A DNA stretch of 63,966 bases, filler included, from Perkinsus chesapeaki ATCC PRA-425 (GCA_013115145.1; 7 parts of 7 records of this genome joined end to end with filler, not necessarily neighbours in it), one strand, 5' to 3'; positions 36,401 through 49,200 are shown, counted from the first letter of the whole stretch. The notes: generated by a model from the letters alone, not told the origin. Numbers and translations are program-made.

Positions 36401-36827
36401 TGTAGCTCGATTCGTGGTAGAGTCCATCGGTCCTCCCTCGGTCAGATGCGCCTATGGTTCCCGGTGTGCTTATAAACATGCCGACAAAGAAGCAAAAGCT
36501 GGACAAGTTGGAAGCAGCAGCACTTACAGTAGAGATCAGCAGGATGAGCAGCCAACAGCTGCCGCGATATTGGCGGCTATGACCAGGGAGCAGAGCAATA
36601 ATAATAATATTAATCAGGTCGGAGCGGCGGCGGTGGCGTCTGGCGTGGTTATAGGCTGTAGTCCGCGCTACAATGGACTACACCGCGCGTCAAATTTTTA
36701 TCAACTCGTGTTTTTCAAGGGTCTAAGAACAACTAAGGTGTGCTCATCAACGAGTCCCTCAAGGATATGTTCCCTAGTCAAAATAAGTATATCCTCCGAA
36801 CTTCAGAGTCAACCTCCTTGTCAGTAG
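33456..36827 (+). CDS. Coiled-coil, poly-Q protein with two CCCH zinc fingers (probable RNA-binding protein)
   Basis: Spliced finger 1 is CPLMGTFGWCKFGDSCQ|FVH (C-x8-C-x5-C-x3-H, 35513-35615). Finger 2 is CKFDSSGQ|CAYGSRCAYKH (C-x7-C-x5-C-x3-H, 36040-36479). N-terminal coiled-coil exons and Q-runs. Both ends are uncertain. Confidence 0.75.
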
Positions 36828-37238
36828 TGAGTAGTTAAAAGAATTGTGCAAAATCGGTGCGACACATTCTTAGAAACCACAGCTTGAAAATGCACGCAAA
36901 ATTCATGTTTTTTGTTAAGTATATTAAAGCAGACACTTGAGACCTAATCACATACACCATTGGAAAGCTCATTCTTCCTTCACTAAATGACATGAGTTTC
37001 GTAACATTTCGGATTTTCGAAAGACACGAGTTGATAAGTAATTGACGCGCGGTGTAGTTGTGCATAATAGGTTACATTAATAAATAGTTAGTGGTACTTG
37101 AATCTGTATTCCTGTACCCGAGTCTCTATTATACTTATAGGATCTGATGTCAAATGTTATAAGGGAGTGTTATATGGAAGAGTCTGAAGCGATGAAGTGT
37201 GAATTCTGGCTCTAGTGAAGAGCTTTGACATTTCCGCG

Positions 37239-38030
37239 ATGAGATCTATGGTGATCGTTCTTCTTTTAGGGCTCTTCGCAAGGACGCACTTCTTTGTTGA
37301 CTGTAATACAGCAACAACGACAGGAACAACGAAGTGAACAAACAGGTAGTAGCATTCGGACATGCTTTGTGGTACTCTTCGGGACATGATCATGCAGAAT
37401 CCAAGCATGCGAGTGAGGCGGCGGTGGCAGAGGGGGGTTCTCTTACCGCCGGCGGAGGCATCTCGAGCGCAAAGAATGGAGAAGCTGTTAGCACTGAGGC
37501 GGTTACGAGCGCTTGGCTGAAAGATCGTAAGATTGTTCACGGGTTTTCGAAAACCCGAAACCCATTTGGCTACGGCTCAGATCTGTCGGGAACCGCATGG
37601 GCAGAGAAGCTAGATATCACCAAGAGTAATAACAAACCGCAATCTGGGGTGGCGGGATCGGCGAAAGAGGGCCCATCAAGTTCGGGAAGTTCCGGCTCGG
37701 CAGCGGCTGCTCCACCGTCGTCCCCTCCTCCAGCGGGATCTCCAGCCGGTGAGAGCGAGGATGTTGAGAGCGAGACGGAGGTAAGTATCGGACGCCGCCG
37801 ACTTGTGAATGGTATTTCGTTGGTCGTATTAGGTTGAAATGACCGTTGATTTCGGTAAAGTTGTCGACGATTCTTCGAAGAATATTGGAAAGGATTGTAG
37901 TGGAAACAACGGTGATGAGAGCGGTGGTGGCAGCAGTGGGGATGACAGTGGCCCTCCTCCCGGTACGAGTGATGCTGTATTTGTGTATGATTTTCATTAG
38001 GGTTTTAGGTCTTTGACGCTTCTCCCGCTA
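37239..38030 (+). CDS. Hypothetical secreted Ser/Ala/Gly-rich protein
   Basis: Signal-like MRSMVIVLLLGLFA at 37239 and a long open low-complexity exon (ORF 37334-37837). Confidence 0.4.
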
Positions 38031-40164
38031 ATTTAAAGAATGTTGGTGACCGTCATCATTATAAAATAACCGAATTCTTTTACTAGTAGCCAAGACGAGG
38101 ACTGATTTCAGCTTTTGGTCTTTGGTGGCTAAAATCTTCTTGCCCCATTGTTGGTCTACGATATTAACAGTTTTACATTCCTCCTCCTCCTACTCCACCT
38201 CCTGTACAACTCTACCGATCCTTCAGTTGGTAGAGTTAGCGAGTATATACGCCAGAACGGCGGCCGCCAGCAACACGGACCCATTTCGTTGAAGAGTCTT
38301 GTCGGCTCATAGTAGCAACTTTCCAGTTGTGCTCAATGTTACGTTGTTAATCTTAACTTCGAGGCAATTGGAATTGTTCCCATCGCTGCCAAGCGGTGGA
38401 AGCCGTTGGTCGCACTTTTGTGCATGAGAAGTTTGAAAGATGAGTGTAGCAACTCGATGAACATGTTGTGAAATAGATATATGTAGAGTAATAGAGATAG
38501 GAGTAAGAGTAAGTATTAAGTAGTTATTAAGTAGTAGTAAGTATGTATTAAGTAGTTATCAAGTAGTAGTAAGAGGATTAAGTAGTAAGAGTGTAGAGTA
38601 AGTAGATAATGTGTAGTAATTTGGAGATAAGTATCTACAAGTAGGATGGTGTTGCTTGCGCTTTGTGAAGAGGTGTGATTTATGGAAAAGGGGAAAGCTT
38701 GTAAAGTTGAGAGTATTACGCTTCCTCATTGCTACGAAAAGTTGTATTTAACGCGTTCCTGTACTGTACAAGATGCTTACATCACAATATCGCATGTAGT
38801 CGCGATGGAGCACCGTACGTGATCGTTGGGGAGAGGCTCGGACCGTGGCACGAGTGAAAGCAATACTGAAACTAGGATATATATTTCCTGGGAGGGTGGG
38901 GGGGGGAAGAAATCAGAAAACTGCTTAGCTTACGATACGGTTGATAAGGCCCCGCTCTGCACGTTAAGCTGTAGTCGTGGTGCGCTCCCCCACGATGAGC
39001 GCTGATACGCTATTCAACAACATATTCGCGGCTTCGATCTGCTACCATGAAACTATTGACGGGTGAGTGACGTCAGCACGCATGGGCGATCGCAGCCTAT
39101 CAGACAGCAACGCTTGCACTGTCTGGAGCGTTGGTAGTTGCAATGGGTTATATCCAAGCAGTAGATTATGGATAACACGATTCTTTGACGGAAAGTGTCG
39201 TCATTATTTGCCAATCAGAAACCTGTTCCAAGTGACCGTGCAACACGGTCAAAGCAGCCTTTTCCCAATAAAGAAAAAGAGAACTCAGGTTTCCGCGGAA
39301 TCTCCGAGCTGGGATGAAGCTTTGGATGTAATCCCGTGGCGAACAGGATAAACTCCTTATATGGATTGAGGAAGATTTATATCAGGAACGTCGCTCGCCG
39401 AAAAGAACGTTCACAGTTCAAAATGCGCGATGCAGAACTAAGCACACGCAAATTCCCCCTGCTAGGAGCTTGTTAACCCAAACAAATCAGCCTACGTTGG
39501 AGTATCTGCCTAGCGCAAACACAATTTAATGCTGCAAGCACAAAACTTGCGCGGTGATGCGTAGTAGGCCATCACCGTCTGGTGGGGACGATCAAGAACA
39601 CCCGAATAGGCAGTCAGACGAGCTGCCTCTGGAGAAGAATTCGCGCAAGTCCTACTAAAGTATCGAGGAGAGCCGAGGAGCTTGTAGGAGTCTTTTGAGA
39701 GCGGAAGTTAAATATCGTATAGTTGAATATTAATGTTGACAATTTTTGGAACATATCCGAACCCTCCGCCTTATGGAAGGCGACAGGAAGAGCGTCGTTA
39801 CGACGCCGGCGTATGGGACATCGCTACACTGCAAACTTCGCAAAAGTGCTCTGCAAAAATTGCCCTACACGGAAAAAGTATGACAATAATTATATGACGA
39901 ATTGAGCGGAATTGATCAAACCCGAATTTAACTCAATTGAGCGGCAGCATACGAGCCATACTCCTTCACACATCCTTCATTCACAGAGGAACAATAATCT
40001 ATTGATTTAGCATACCGATAGATGTCGTTAAATAATATTGAATATGTCCCATCCCTCACGAACAATCCTTCCTGGAAGAGTCTTCCAAGTCGGAATTTCC
40101 AACGCCAGTCCGCTCATTATACACAGAGTCAAAGTTAGTAAGAATAGAACATGGTCAATCAGGT

Positions 40165-40674
40165 CAGGGTGGCAGGTTTCATTCTTTCTTCCGGAAAGAA
40201 TTTCTATTTTCCCGAAAGAAAGAATGTCTATTTTTCCTCGGACAAATAGGAAAAATAGCCACTCAAACAGAAGGCCTAGCACGTAGGAAGGCTCTTACAA
40301 ATAGCGCAATACGCTTATAATGCACGGCACTACGGATCTAGTATCCACGAGGTTGAGAAGAAACCATAAAAATAGATGGCTCTTATACCAGGGATCGAAC
40401 CCGCTCCTTTCTCGTCTGGGGGTATGCCTCAGCAAAAATTATCTGCCTAGGCATCCGAATACGCTAAGCTTGTAGTAATTTATTGCATTATCTTAACTCT
40501 AATAGTATGCTCCATCTCTATGATGCGCATAATTAATGACTCCAGTCCTATTTAAACAAATTTTGTTTAACAAAATTCCCATGATTTTTTATTTTTCTCT
40601 ATTTTTCGTATTTTTCCGAAACAAGAATAGCATGAAGGAAAGAATCGCTATTTTTCTTCCCACCGGCCACCCTG
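40165..40674. mobile_element. Non-autonomous hAT-type MITE, 510 bp
   Basis: 13-bp TIRs with one mismatch (CAGGGTGGCAGGT and the reverse complement of ACCGGCCACCCTG). Perfect 8-bp TSD AATCAGGT at 40157-40164 and 40675-40682. Repeated subterminal CTATTTT(T)C motifs. No transposase ORF. Confidence 0.93.
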
Positions 40675-40760
40675 AATCAGGTCCTGGTGGCAAGCCTTTT
40701 GCTACACCTTGTGTTACACAAGTCAAGTACACTGAGTACAGTACTTGATGTCAGTTTGAC

Positions 40761-40824
40761 GGTCGAACGGTTCGGTTCAGAGTCTGAACCGAACCGTTCG
40801 ACCTGAACCGTCTGAACTTCAGAC
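40761..40824. repeat. Chained perfect palindromes with 1-nt loops
   Basis: GGTCGAACGGTTCGGTTCAGA-G-TCTGAACCGAACCGTTCGACC (40761-40803) and GTCTGAA-C-TTCAGAC (40810-40824). Confidence 0.93.
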
Positions 40825-41542
40825 CTGTCCAGAAAATTACGATGAGGGTGTGGAAATTGATTCTTTGACAGAAAGTGTTGTCATTAAATGACTATTCACA
40901 AGCCTGGTTTAAGTGAGCATGCCTGTCGTTGGGCGGACAGCTTCAACAGAGAAACTGAGGAGCTGAGAATAGCGAAACAACGTGTGTTAGCCATAGAGGT
41001 ACCTCTCGGTCCTGTTGTTTCTGTTGTTTCTGGCGGTTCTGTCGCTTCTGGTTTGTCGGAAAAGATTTTATTCAACCACTCTATATACGTAGGAGGGCAT
41101 CTGGAGTACCTGACATATGAAAAATGTGAAGTAGAGTAACCGTCAAATTCTCATCCTGGGCCCCCAAATGTCTGCGACCCTCGTACCCCGGCCATCTTTC
41201 GGTCGGTAGAGCTCGTTCAATCTCAGGGGCTGTGGCATGGAAATTTCATGATGAAATTGCAAGTATGAGGGTTCCGGCCCGACCGAGTCCGCCGTTTCGT
41301 AAAAGCACCCGGCTAGAGGAACTTGAATTTTTTTGTATGCAAACGTGTATTGCCTTCAGAAAGGTATTGTATTCACAATCTACTACTGAAACTGTCTAGA
41401 GTCTTCGTTTAGAATCTAACGAAGACTCTGAACGAAGACTTCTTAACTTTAGAAACTATGATGCATGGACCTTGGCCTGTTGCATACCATGGCTTTCATA
41501 TTGCTTACTCCGTAAATACCTAGCCCACTGTTACAGGCGGAA

Positions 41543-43250
41543 ATGCGAGGGCCTTTGACCAGTGCAAGCAGAAGATCTCTCGAGCGCGCTCGATCGAGCC
41601 TTGAAAGGGCTACTAAGAAGCTTGAAGAGCGGAAAGCTGAGGCTGCAACCTTCAGACACAGGGTAGGCTATGAGACGAGAGTACTTGTTCCGTTCATTCG
41701 GCGGTATGTACAGTCAGCTCAGCCGCGTTGTCTCCATATCTCCAATTCGATTGGACCGACCCATGACTAGTGACTCTACGTCTGTTGCGAGTCTTACTAA
41801 GCCCGCAGTCTTCACTAAGCTCCACCAGGTGCGACTGAAGGACCCTCTCCCAACGGAAGCCTCACCGCCTTCGCACGCTGACAACCGCTTATCCAGAATC
41901 AGGCCTTCAGGAAAATCCCGGCTGCATGAAAGTGAACTACAGAGCGACGACCTGCCACCGCAGATATATGCCGAGCTCCAAGCGCTCCGTTCTAAACTGT
42001 TCGAAGAGCTTGAAGAATGCATTGCGAGGGATAGAGCTCGGAGATGCCACCATGAAAGTTGCCGCGGCGATGGGATGCCGCGCACCTCGGCTGACATTCC
42101 CGCTTGGAGGAGATACATTGGAAGTGCTTCAGTGGACGTTGATAGAAGTCGCTACGAAACTCCCTCTGAACACTTTCCACTGTCGAGCTCTCTCCATCTG
42201 GAATCAACTCCGAGCGATTGTGAGAGTGAACGGAGCGACGTAGGAGAGGTAGAAGTGGCTACATTCACCCGACCCCACGGTCGATTCAACAACGCCGAGC
42301 CGGTGCAAGCTGTCGGCCACACCCGTCACAGGGCTGCGCGTTTGGCAAGGAGTGAGACAAGAAGGACACGCGGTGGACATAAAGATGAGACTCAAGATAC
42401 ACAGCGGTTAGACGAGGTAAATTTAAGCCAGGTCGTGGACTTGTATATTTTCCGACTATCGATGGTGGTTATACGACAATATTCACCTGCATTAAATGTT
42501 TCTATATCTACCTTCGAGCAACTCGTCTGAGCAACGACTCCCTCGTCTTAGTCGTTCCTAATTCTCGGTAACTAGCAGCGGTAGCTCGCATCAGTTAACG
42601 GGCACTACTGTATCGTCGACAATTTTATTTGCCAGTCTGACCGTCGCTTCCGGTGCATGCTACAAGAAGATCCATCTCCGAGACGAACCTGCTCGTTCAC
42701 GTCCGGAGATAGAAATGAGGGATCGCAAACCATGACGGATGATATTGTACTCTAGCATTCACTCGACAATGCTCTGCGTTAACTTGTGGAGTTGCGCACT
42801 TCTTCTTGTTATACGGAGAGTAAATAAGCGAAGCGGATGGAGTCCGCGTGAACGTGCTCCTGGGCTCCCGGCGCGGTTTCTGATGGGAACTCTCCCCCAA
42901 TGGGAAGTTGTGACTTTGCAATAACTGAGGAGCTTATGGTGTTCACTGCGGAATCTCACACTGAAGCTTGGAGACTCTCCAATGCAGAGTCCGATGAAAA
43001 AGGCTTACATTTTATTCGTCACAGGGAGGAGCCTGATTCGCGGCTCAGAGCTGGCCGCGCCAACTTGGCTCTCCACGAGGATCTCTGTGAGCACGAGTGA
43101 CTAAGTGGGCTCGGCTTCAGTGCTATCACTGACAGCCTGCCTTCCGGCTGCTGGTCAACACTTTGACCCGCTTCCCGCTCTCGCGACAAGACTTGTAACC
43201 GTTCTCTTTCCGCACGTAAACCCTAGTAGGGGTTTACGTGTGTGGCATCC
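41543..43250 (+). CDS. Hypothetical multi-exon protein with coiled-coil segments
   Basis: ATG at 41543 (…SLERARSSLERATKKLEERKAE…), a long open exon (ORF 41670-42530) and further exons up to the contig end. Confidence 0.5.
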
Positions 43251-43350
43251 NNNNNNNNNNNNNNNNNNNNNNNNNNNNNNNNNNNNNNNNNNNNTTAATT
43301 AATTAANNNNNNNNNNNNNNNNNNNNNNNNNNNNNNNNNNNNNNNNNNNN
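43251..43350. other. Artificial contig linker
   Basis: TTAATTAATTAA at 43295-43306 flanked by 44 N on each side. Confidence 0.99.
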
Positions 43351-43420
43351 AGCTCCGTGTGGCGCTAAGGCCGAATACTGCCACTATGGCGGTCGGCAAG
43401 GCCGCCCAAACAAACAAACA

Positions 43421-43421
43421 A

Positions 43422-43488
<67 letters not shown>
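43421..43488. repeat. (ACT)n microsatellite, intronic
   Basis: Uninterrupted ACT run of roughly 22 units. Confidence 0.92.
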
Positions 43489-43489
<1 letters not shown>

Positions 43490-45692
43490 CTGTCTGTATT
43501 GATGTAGGTACACCACCAATAAATACTTTACAAGGATCATCACTACTACTATTATTATGACCACCATCACCACCATATACTCGTTGAGGTTGTCTTATAG
43601 GACCAGTAGAAGAGTGTCTCCCATATACATCATCATTATAATCCCGACGAGGATGAGGGCGATGATGAGGTGGTAATGGGGAGAATCTGATATAGTATAA
43701 ATAATGATAATATATAATAAGAATTACTGATGACAACTGTATTATGCCTATACTATTAGTACTAGTATTATTATTGCTACTCGTATATCCTACTACCTAC
43801 CCTAACCTACCTACCCTGGAGGAGGAGTAGGAGAAAAAGGACCACCACCAACCATCTGATGATGATGTGGTGATGGTGATGGTTGTTGATAAGCATGATA
43901 ACTTGATGATGATGGTGATGATGAAGTAGTAGCATTATTGCGGCTGTGGCTGATGCTCCCTCGAGTTGCTATCTTAACATCAACCTATAACTAATTATCA
44001 TGAACACTAACATCTAGCATAATCATCATCATCAACTACTACTACTACCTTTGTATTAAGAAAACTCCTATTATTATCACTTTTATACGAACTACTACTA
44101 CTACTATTATATTCACTAATCATTNNNNNNNNNNNNNNNNNNNNNNNNNNNNNNNNNNNNNNNNNNNNNNNNNNNNNNNNNNNNNNNNNNNNNNNNNNNN
44201 NNNNNNNNNNNNNNNNNNNNNATTAACCTACTACTATATTCACTAATCATCAACCTACTATTATATTTACTAATCATCAACCTACTATTATATTTACTAA
44301 TCATTAACCTACTACTATATTCACTAATCATCAACCTACTATTATATTTACTAATCATCAACCTACTATTATATTCACTAATCATTAACCTACTATTATA
44401 TTTACTAATCATCAAGCTACTATTATATTTACTAATCACCAAGCTATTATTGTTCCCATATATCATTATCAACCTCCCTTTCCTCTCCTTTAGTATTATT
44501 ATTATTACCCATTTCCCATCAATCATATTAGCATGACCAGCATTAATAGCACGTTGTGCTTCTTGTGGTGTTGAATAAGTTACATATGCAAATCCTCTAG
44601 GTTTACCAGTTACTCTATCCTTCATCACAACCGAATCAATAATATTACCATAACGTGAGAAGAACTCATCTAATCGTACTGAAAATGATAACGATGGTGG
44701 TTAGGGTTAACACTATTATTATAATAATACACTATTATTATTACATTGATCCATATCTGACGGTATACCACCAATAAATAATTTACATGGATTAGTATTA
44801 TGATAAGTAGTATCCTGGTATTGTATTGCTGCTGGGGGTATATTGCTGTCATAAGCATCATTATACATTATATTTGAGCCCGATGATGATGGTGGTGGTA
44901 TATTATTATATCCCCTAGTGAAGTTACCATATGGACCTCCTCCTACTCCTACCGCCGCTTCTGCTGGGTATGGTGCACTAATAATAATGTGTTGTTGTTA
45001 TATAACCTCTATTATATTACCCTCTAATATTATATCCATTATTATTAGATACCATCATCATCCTATCATTATTATTCCTTCTATTATTATGATGTGCTGC
45101 ATCACCACCACCACCACCTTCAATTGCTCGTTTTACATCAATAGATTTATCAAGTAATACGTGCGGTCCACTTGCTAAGCATACCTAAATATAATCATCA
45201 TCATCCATATCATTATTATTACTACCTCTACTGCCTGTAATGTTGTATATGTAACAAAACCAAATCCTCTAGTTCTACCAGTTATTCTATCTGTCATTAC
45301 CACTGAATCTTCTATATCACCGTATTGACTAAAATATGCATCAAGTTGGCCTTGTTCACATCCTATTGGTAGACCACCAACAAATAACTAACAACAACAA
45401 CACTAACAACAACAATGACACTAACATAACCATTATTGAATACTAGTTCATAACATTATTAAATTACCTTCCTTTCCTGTCTTGTACTAGTATCTGCTGC
45501 TACCCCTACCGCCGCCGCCGCCCCTCCTATCGGTGGTAATGATGTTATTCCTTGCCCATCTCCTGATATAATAATATTATTAGTACAACCAATACTTATA
45601 CCTTCAGTAGTACCAGTACCAGAAGCAGCAGCAGCAGAGGTAGAAGGTACCACTGCCGTTACTGGTGTTGTTGCTGGTGTTGGAGTTGACAT
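43489..45692 (-). CDS. Multi-RRM RNA-binding protein, copy C (at least 3 RRMs, 3'-truncated), Musashi/DAZAP1/Hrp1-like
   Basis: LFVGGLP...YFSQYGDIEDSVVMTDRITGRTRGFGFVTY...PHVLLDKSIDVKRA; NPCKLFIGGIP...FSRYGNIIDSVVMKDRVTGKPRGFAYVTY...IDGKW|VDVK; DPCKVFIGGVP at the contig end. Confidence 0.85.
44098..44455. repeat. 27-bp intronic minisatellite spanning an assembly gap
   Basis: Unit AACCTACTATTATATTTACTAATCATC, about 8 copies after the gap at 44125-44221. Confidence 0.9.
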
Positions 45693-46261
45693 TATAGACA
45701 GTAGTAGTATAACTTAGAATAATAATACATACTTAACACAATAACATAATCTATTTGGTAGAAATGTTCACGGCTTATTAGAGACCGAATGATGAGGAGT
45801 AGGAGTAGCAGGACTATGACGATGATGATGATGATCACTAGCATAACAATAATGATAACAACCACAACAACAACAAGCACAGTAGTAGTAGGAGACAGGG
45901 AAGGGGGAGGAGCTTAGATAGTATATCTAAGTAATGCTGATGCCCTTTCATTATCATGAAGAAGACAATCGATTATAACAGCAACAACATCAACGGTGAA
46001 GGTGGAATAAAACAGGAAAACAACAACAAGAACGACAACGAAGCCAGCAGCAGCAGCAGCCGAAGTGGACAAACTCTCCTTCTTCTTCTTGTCGGCGGTG
46101 GTGTTACCAATACCTTAACGTACAAACGACGAAGAAGGGAAAAACAGTGTGGGGTAGGAGAAGGAGGAGGAGGCGATACAACAACAACAAGTATAACAAT
46201 ATGGTTAATGTTAACATCTGGATAGCTAATCAGACATGATAATAGGGAAGATCATGTGAAA

Positions 46262-49200
46262 TTAGTATGGACCAGAACGATATTGTTGTTGTTGTTGTGT
46301 AGGAGGTATTGCTGCTGCTGCTGCGGAGGAGGAGGACGATGATGCTTGATGCTGTTGTTGTTGGTGGGCAGCGGCGGCGGCGCGGGCGGTTGCCATATGA
46401 TATTGCATATACTGTTGAGGGGTATAATGACCATACATAGGCATAGGAATATACCCACATGCAGGGGGAGGTTGGCAGGCTAATGAAGATGATGATGATG
46501 ATGATACCATACCAGCACCACCATGTTGTTGTTGTTGAGCACCTCCGTTCATAATATATACCGCACCACCATTAACACCTTGTTGTTGTTGTTGTGGTGA
46601 TGACATTGTTGAAGCATAAGGATGAGGAGGTAATGGTATAAATGCAGGTGGTGTAGATGATCCACCACCACCACCACTGGATGACGATGATAATGGTCCA
46701 TAACCTGCTGCTCCTGCTGGTTGTTGTTGATAATAAGCAGCAGTAGGAGCAGGGGCAAAATGGAATGGTGGACCTCTATACACTCCACTGGATGCTCCTG
46801 CTGTAGGTGGTGGGGGTGGAGTACCTCCTCCTCCTATCATTGACCTGAATATCATTATTATTATTCGATACTAGGACAATACTTACTGTTGGTGTGCAGC
46901 AGCGCCGGCGGCGGCGGCCATAAAACCAGCAGCCATCATTTGATGATGATGATGTTGTGGAGTAGGTGGCCCCTGTGGCGGTGGTGGCGGTGGTGGTGGT
47001 GGGGGTGGAGGGACCATACCACCATAATACTCTTCTTCTTGTTGTTTTTGTTGTTGTTGCTGGGATGATGATGATGTCTTGTCATTACCAACTGCATGAT
47101 GATGAGGAGGACAGGTAACATATGATGTGTTATCATCATATTGCTGTTTATCATCTTTTTTAGATGTAATAACTACGTCATCATCATCATAAGATATCAC
47201 CACTCCCCCCTCTGCTGCTGCTTCTGGTGCTGGTGTATACTCATATTGAGCTACAGTACGAACAGTATCAGCAGGTGGAGTAGTAGTAGGAAGAGGACTA
47301 TCCTCTTTCGACGCCTCCCCTCCTTCCTTTTTATTATCATCTATCATCACTACCCCTCTTCCTTCATCTATATGTTTATCATCATCATCAGTAACCCTTT
47401 CATCCGAAGGGTTACTACCACCCTTGGCAGCATCATCATCATGTTCTTGTGAATGGACAGACCCCCTCCCTTGTCCAGGTGATTCATCATCCCGCCCTTC
47501 TTCCTGGACCTGTGGCTTCTGTGTTGAAGGTGTCCTTGCTGATGACGAAGACGTCGATGATGATGATGTTTTACGTTGTTCCGTATTTTTGTCCCCCGTT
47601 CCCAAAGTAGTGCTGCTTCTTTGCACTACACCTCCTCCTCCTCCTTCACTTTCATTATCATATCGATCTTTAGTTCTACTAGTAACAACCTTAGATTCAT
47701 ACCCTGCTGATGGTCTATATCCCCTGCTAGTAGTCTGAGCATGATATCTATTATATCCTCCACCACTCGATGATGCTGCTGATGAACCATAGCCACCCCC
47801 TATATGGTAATACCGTCCTTGCTCATGATGATGATGACCTCCACCACCATACCGTGATGATGATACCCTATTAGTATATCTAATACCAATCAATAACATC
47901 AACAACAACAACAACAACAACAAAGGTAATAGTATTACCTATCATACCCAGTGACATCACGTCTAGGACCATCTGATGACAAATGGCGTAGTAATGATGA
48001 TGATGATCTTGGCTGCTGATACGATTGATGATGGTACGAGGAAGAGATGGTAGGGGGGCGGTGGTAATAATAATATTCACTATGAGCATGCGAGGAGGTA
48101 TATGCTGCTGCTTTACCAACATGTTCCATACTTCTTGATGATGCTTTTATTTGGACCTGATAATAAGAATGACATGAGTAAAGTGTGTATTGTTATTATT
48201 ACCCATTTTCCATCAATAATATTATTATCACCACCCTTAATGGAAGCTAATGCCTCTTTACCATTAGAAAATGTAGCATAGGCAAAGCCACGATGTCTTC
48301 CTGTATCTCTATCGTACATAACAGTTACATCAATCACTTTACCATATTGTGATAGATGTTCTGTTACACGATCTAACAACAACAACGATAATACATTAAT
48401 AATATCATAACACTACTACTACCTTCATCAGCTGTTTGTGGTAGACCACCAAGGAATATCTTGCAAGGGTTATCAGGCAATAATAACAACCTAATAATAT
48501 ACAATAACAACAACTGCCGGCCCCTCCCCCCAACAATCACGGTAATCATCATCATCAAGATCCTTACTTATCTTTCTTCTCCTCCTCTTCATCATCGTCT
48601 TTATCTACCACTACTGCTGTTCCTCCTGTTGTTGTGGATGTTGTTGTCGATTCTACTGCCGCTGTTGCTGATGCAGCTGCTGCTGAAGGTGATGGTTGTG
48701 GTGATTTAGTTGTTGGATAATAAGTGGTAGTAATTTTTTCATTTCCCTCTTCTCGCTTAGGTGTTGATGTTGTTGATGTTGTTGTTGTTGATAGTTTTGT
48801 ACATGGTTTAACTTCAACCCATTTACCATTAATAATATTATTATTACCACCTTTACAGGCAGCATTAGCCTCTTGTGGTGTGGCAAATGTAGCATAAGCA
48901 AATCCTCTATTTCTACCAGTATCTCTATCAAACATAACATTACATTCAATAACATCACCATATTGTGATAACATATCAGTAAGAGTATCTAGTAACATAA
49001 ATCGATAATCACAATAATAATCAAAGTAATATAACAAGTATAACTAGCATATTCTCATCCCTGTAATATTATTATTACCTTTATCAGATGTTGGCGGTAA
49101 ACCACCAATAAATACTTTACTGGGATCATCAGGTACTCTATATGGTACTGTAGTATTATTATCATTACCCTTATTATACCCCCCTGCTGCTGTTATATAA

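Noticed and set aside
38000-38460. Stop-interrupted protein-like reading on the minus strand (possible transposon relic)
   Set aside because: No recognisable catalytic motif, TIR or TSD, so it cannot be assigned.
39067-39400. C2-domain-like phrase KKRTQVSAESPSWDEAL
   Set aside because: The match is too short and I could not build a coherent gene model.
43213-43240. AAACCCTA telomere/telo-box-like motif in a small hairpin
   Set aside because: A single copy, not an array. Insufficient evidence for a telomere or regulatory site.
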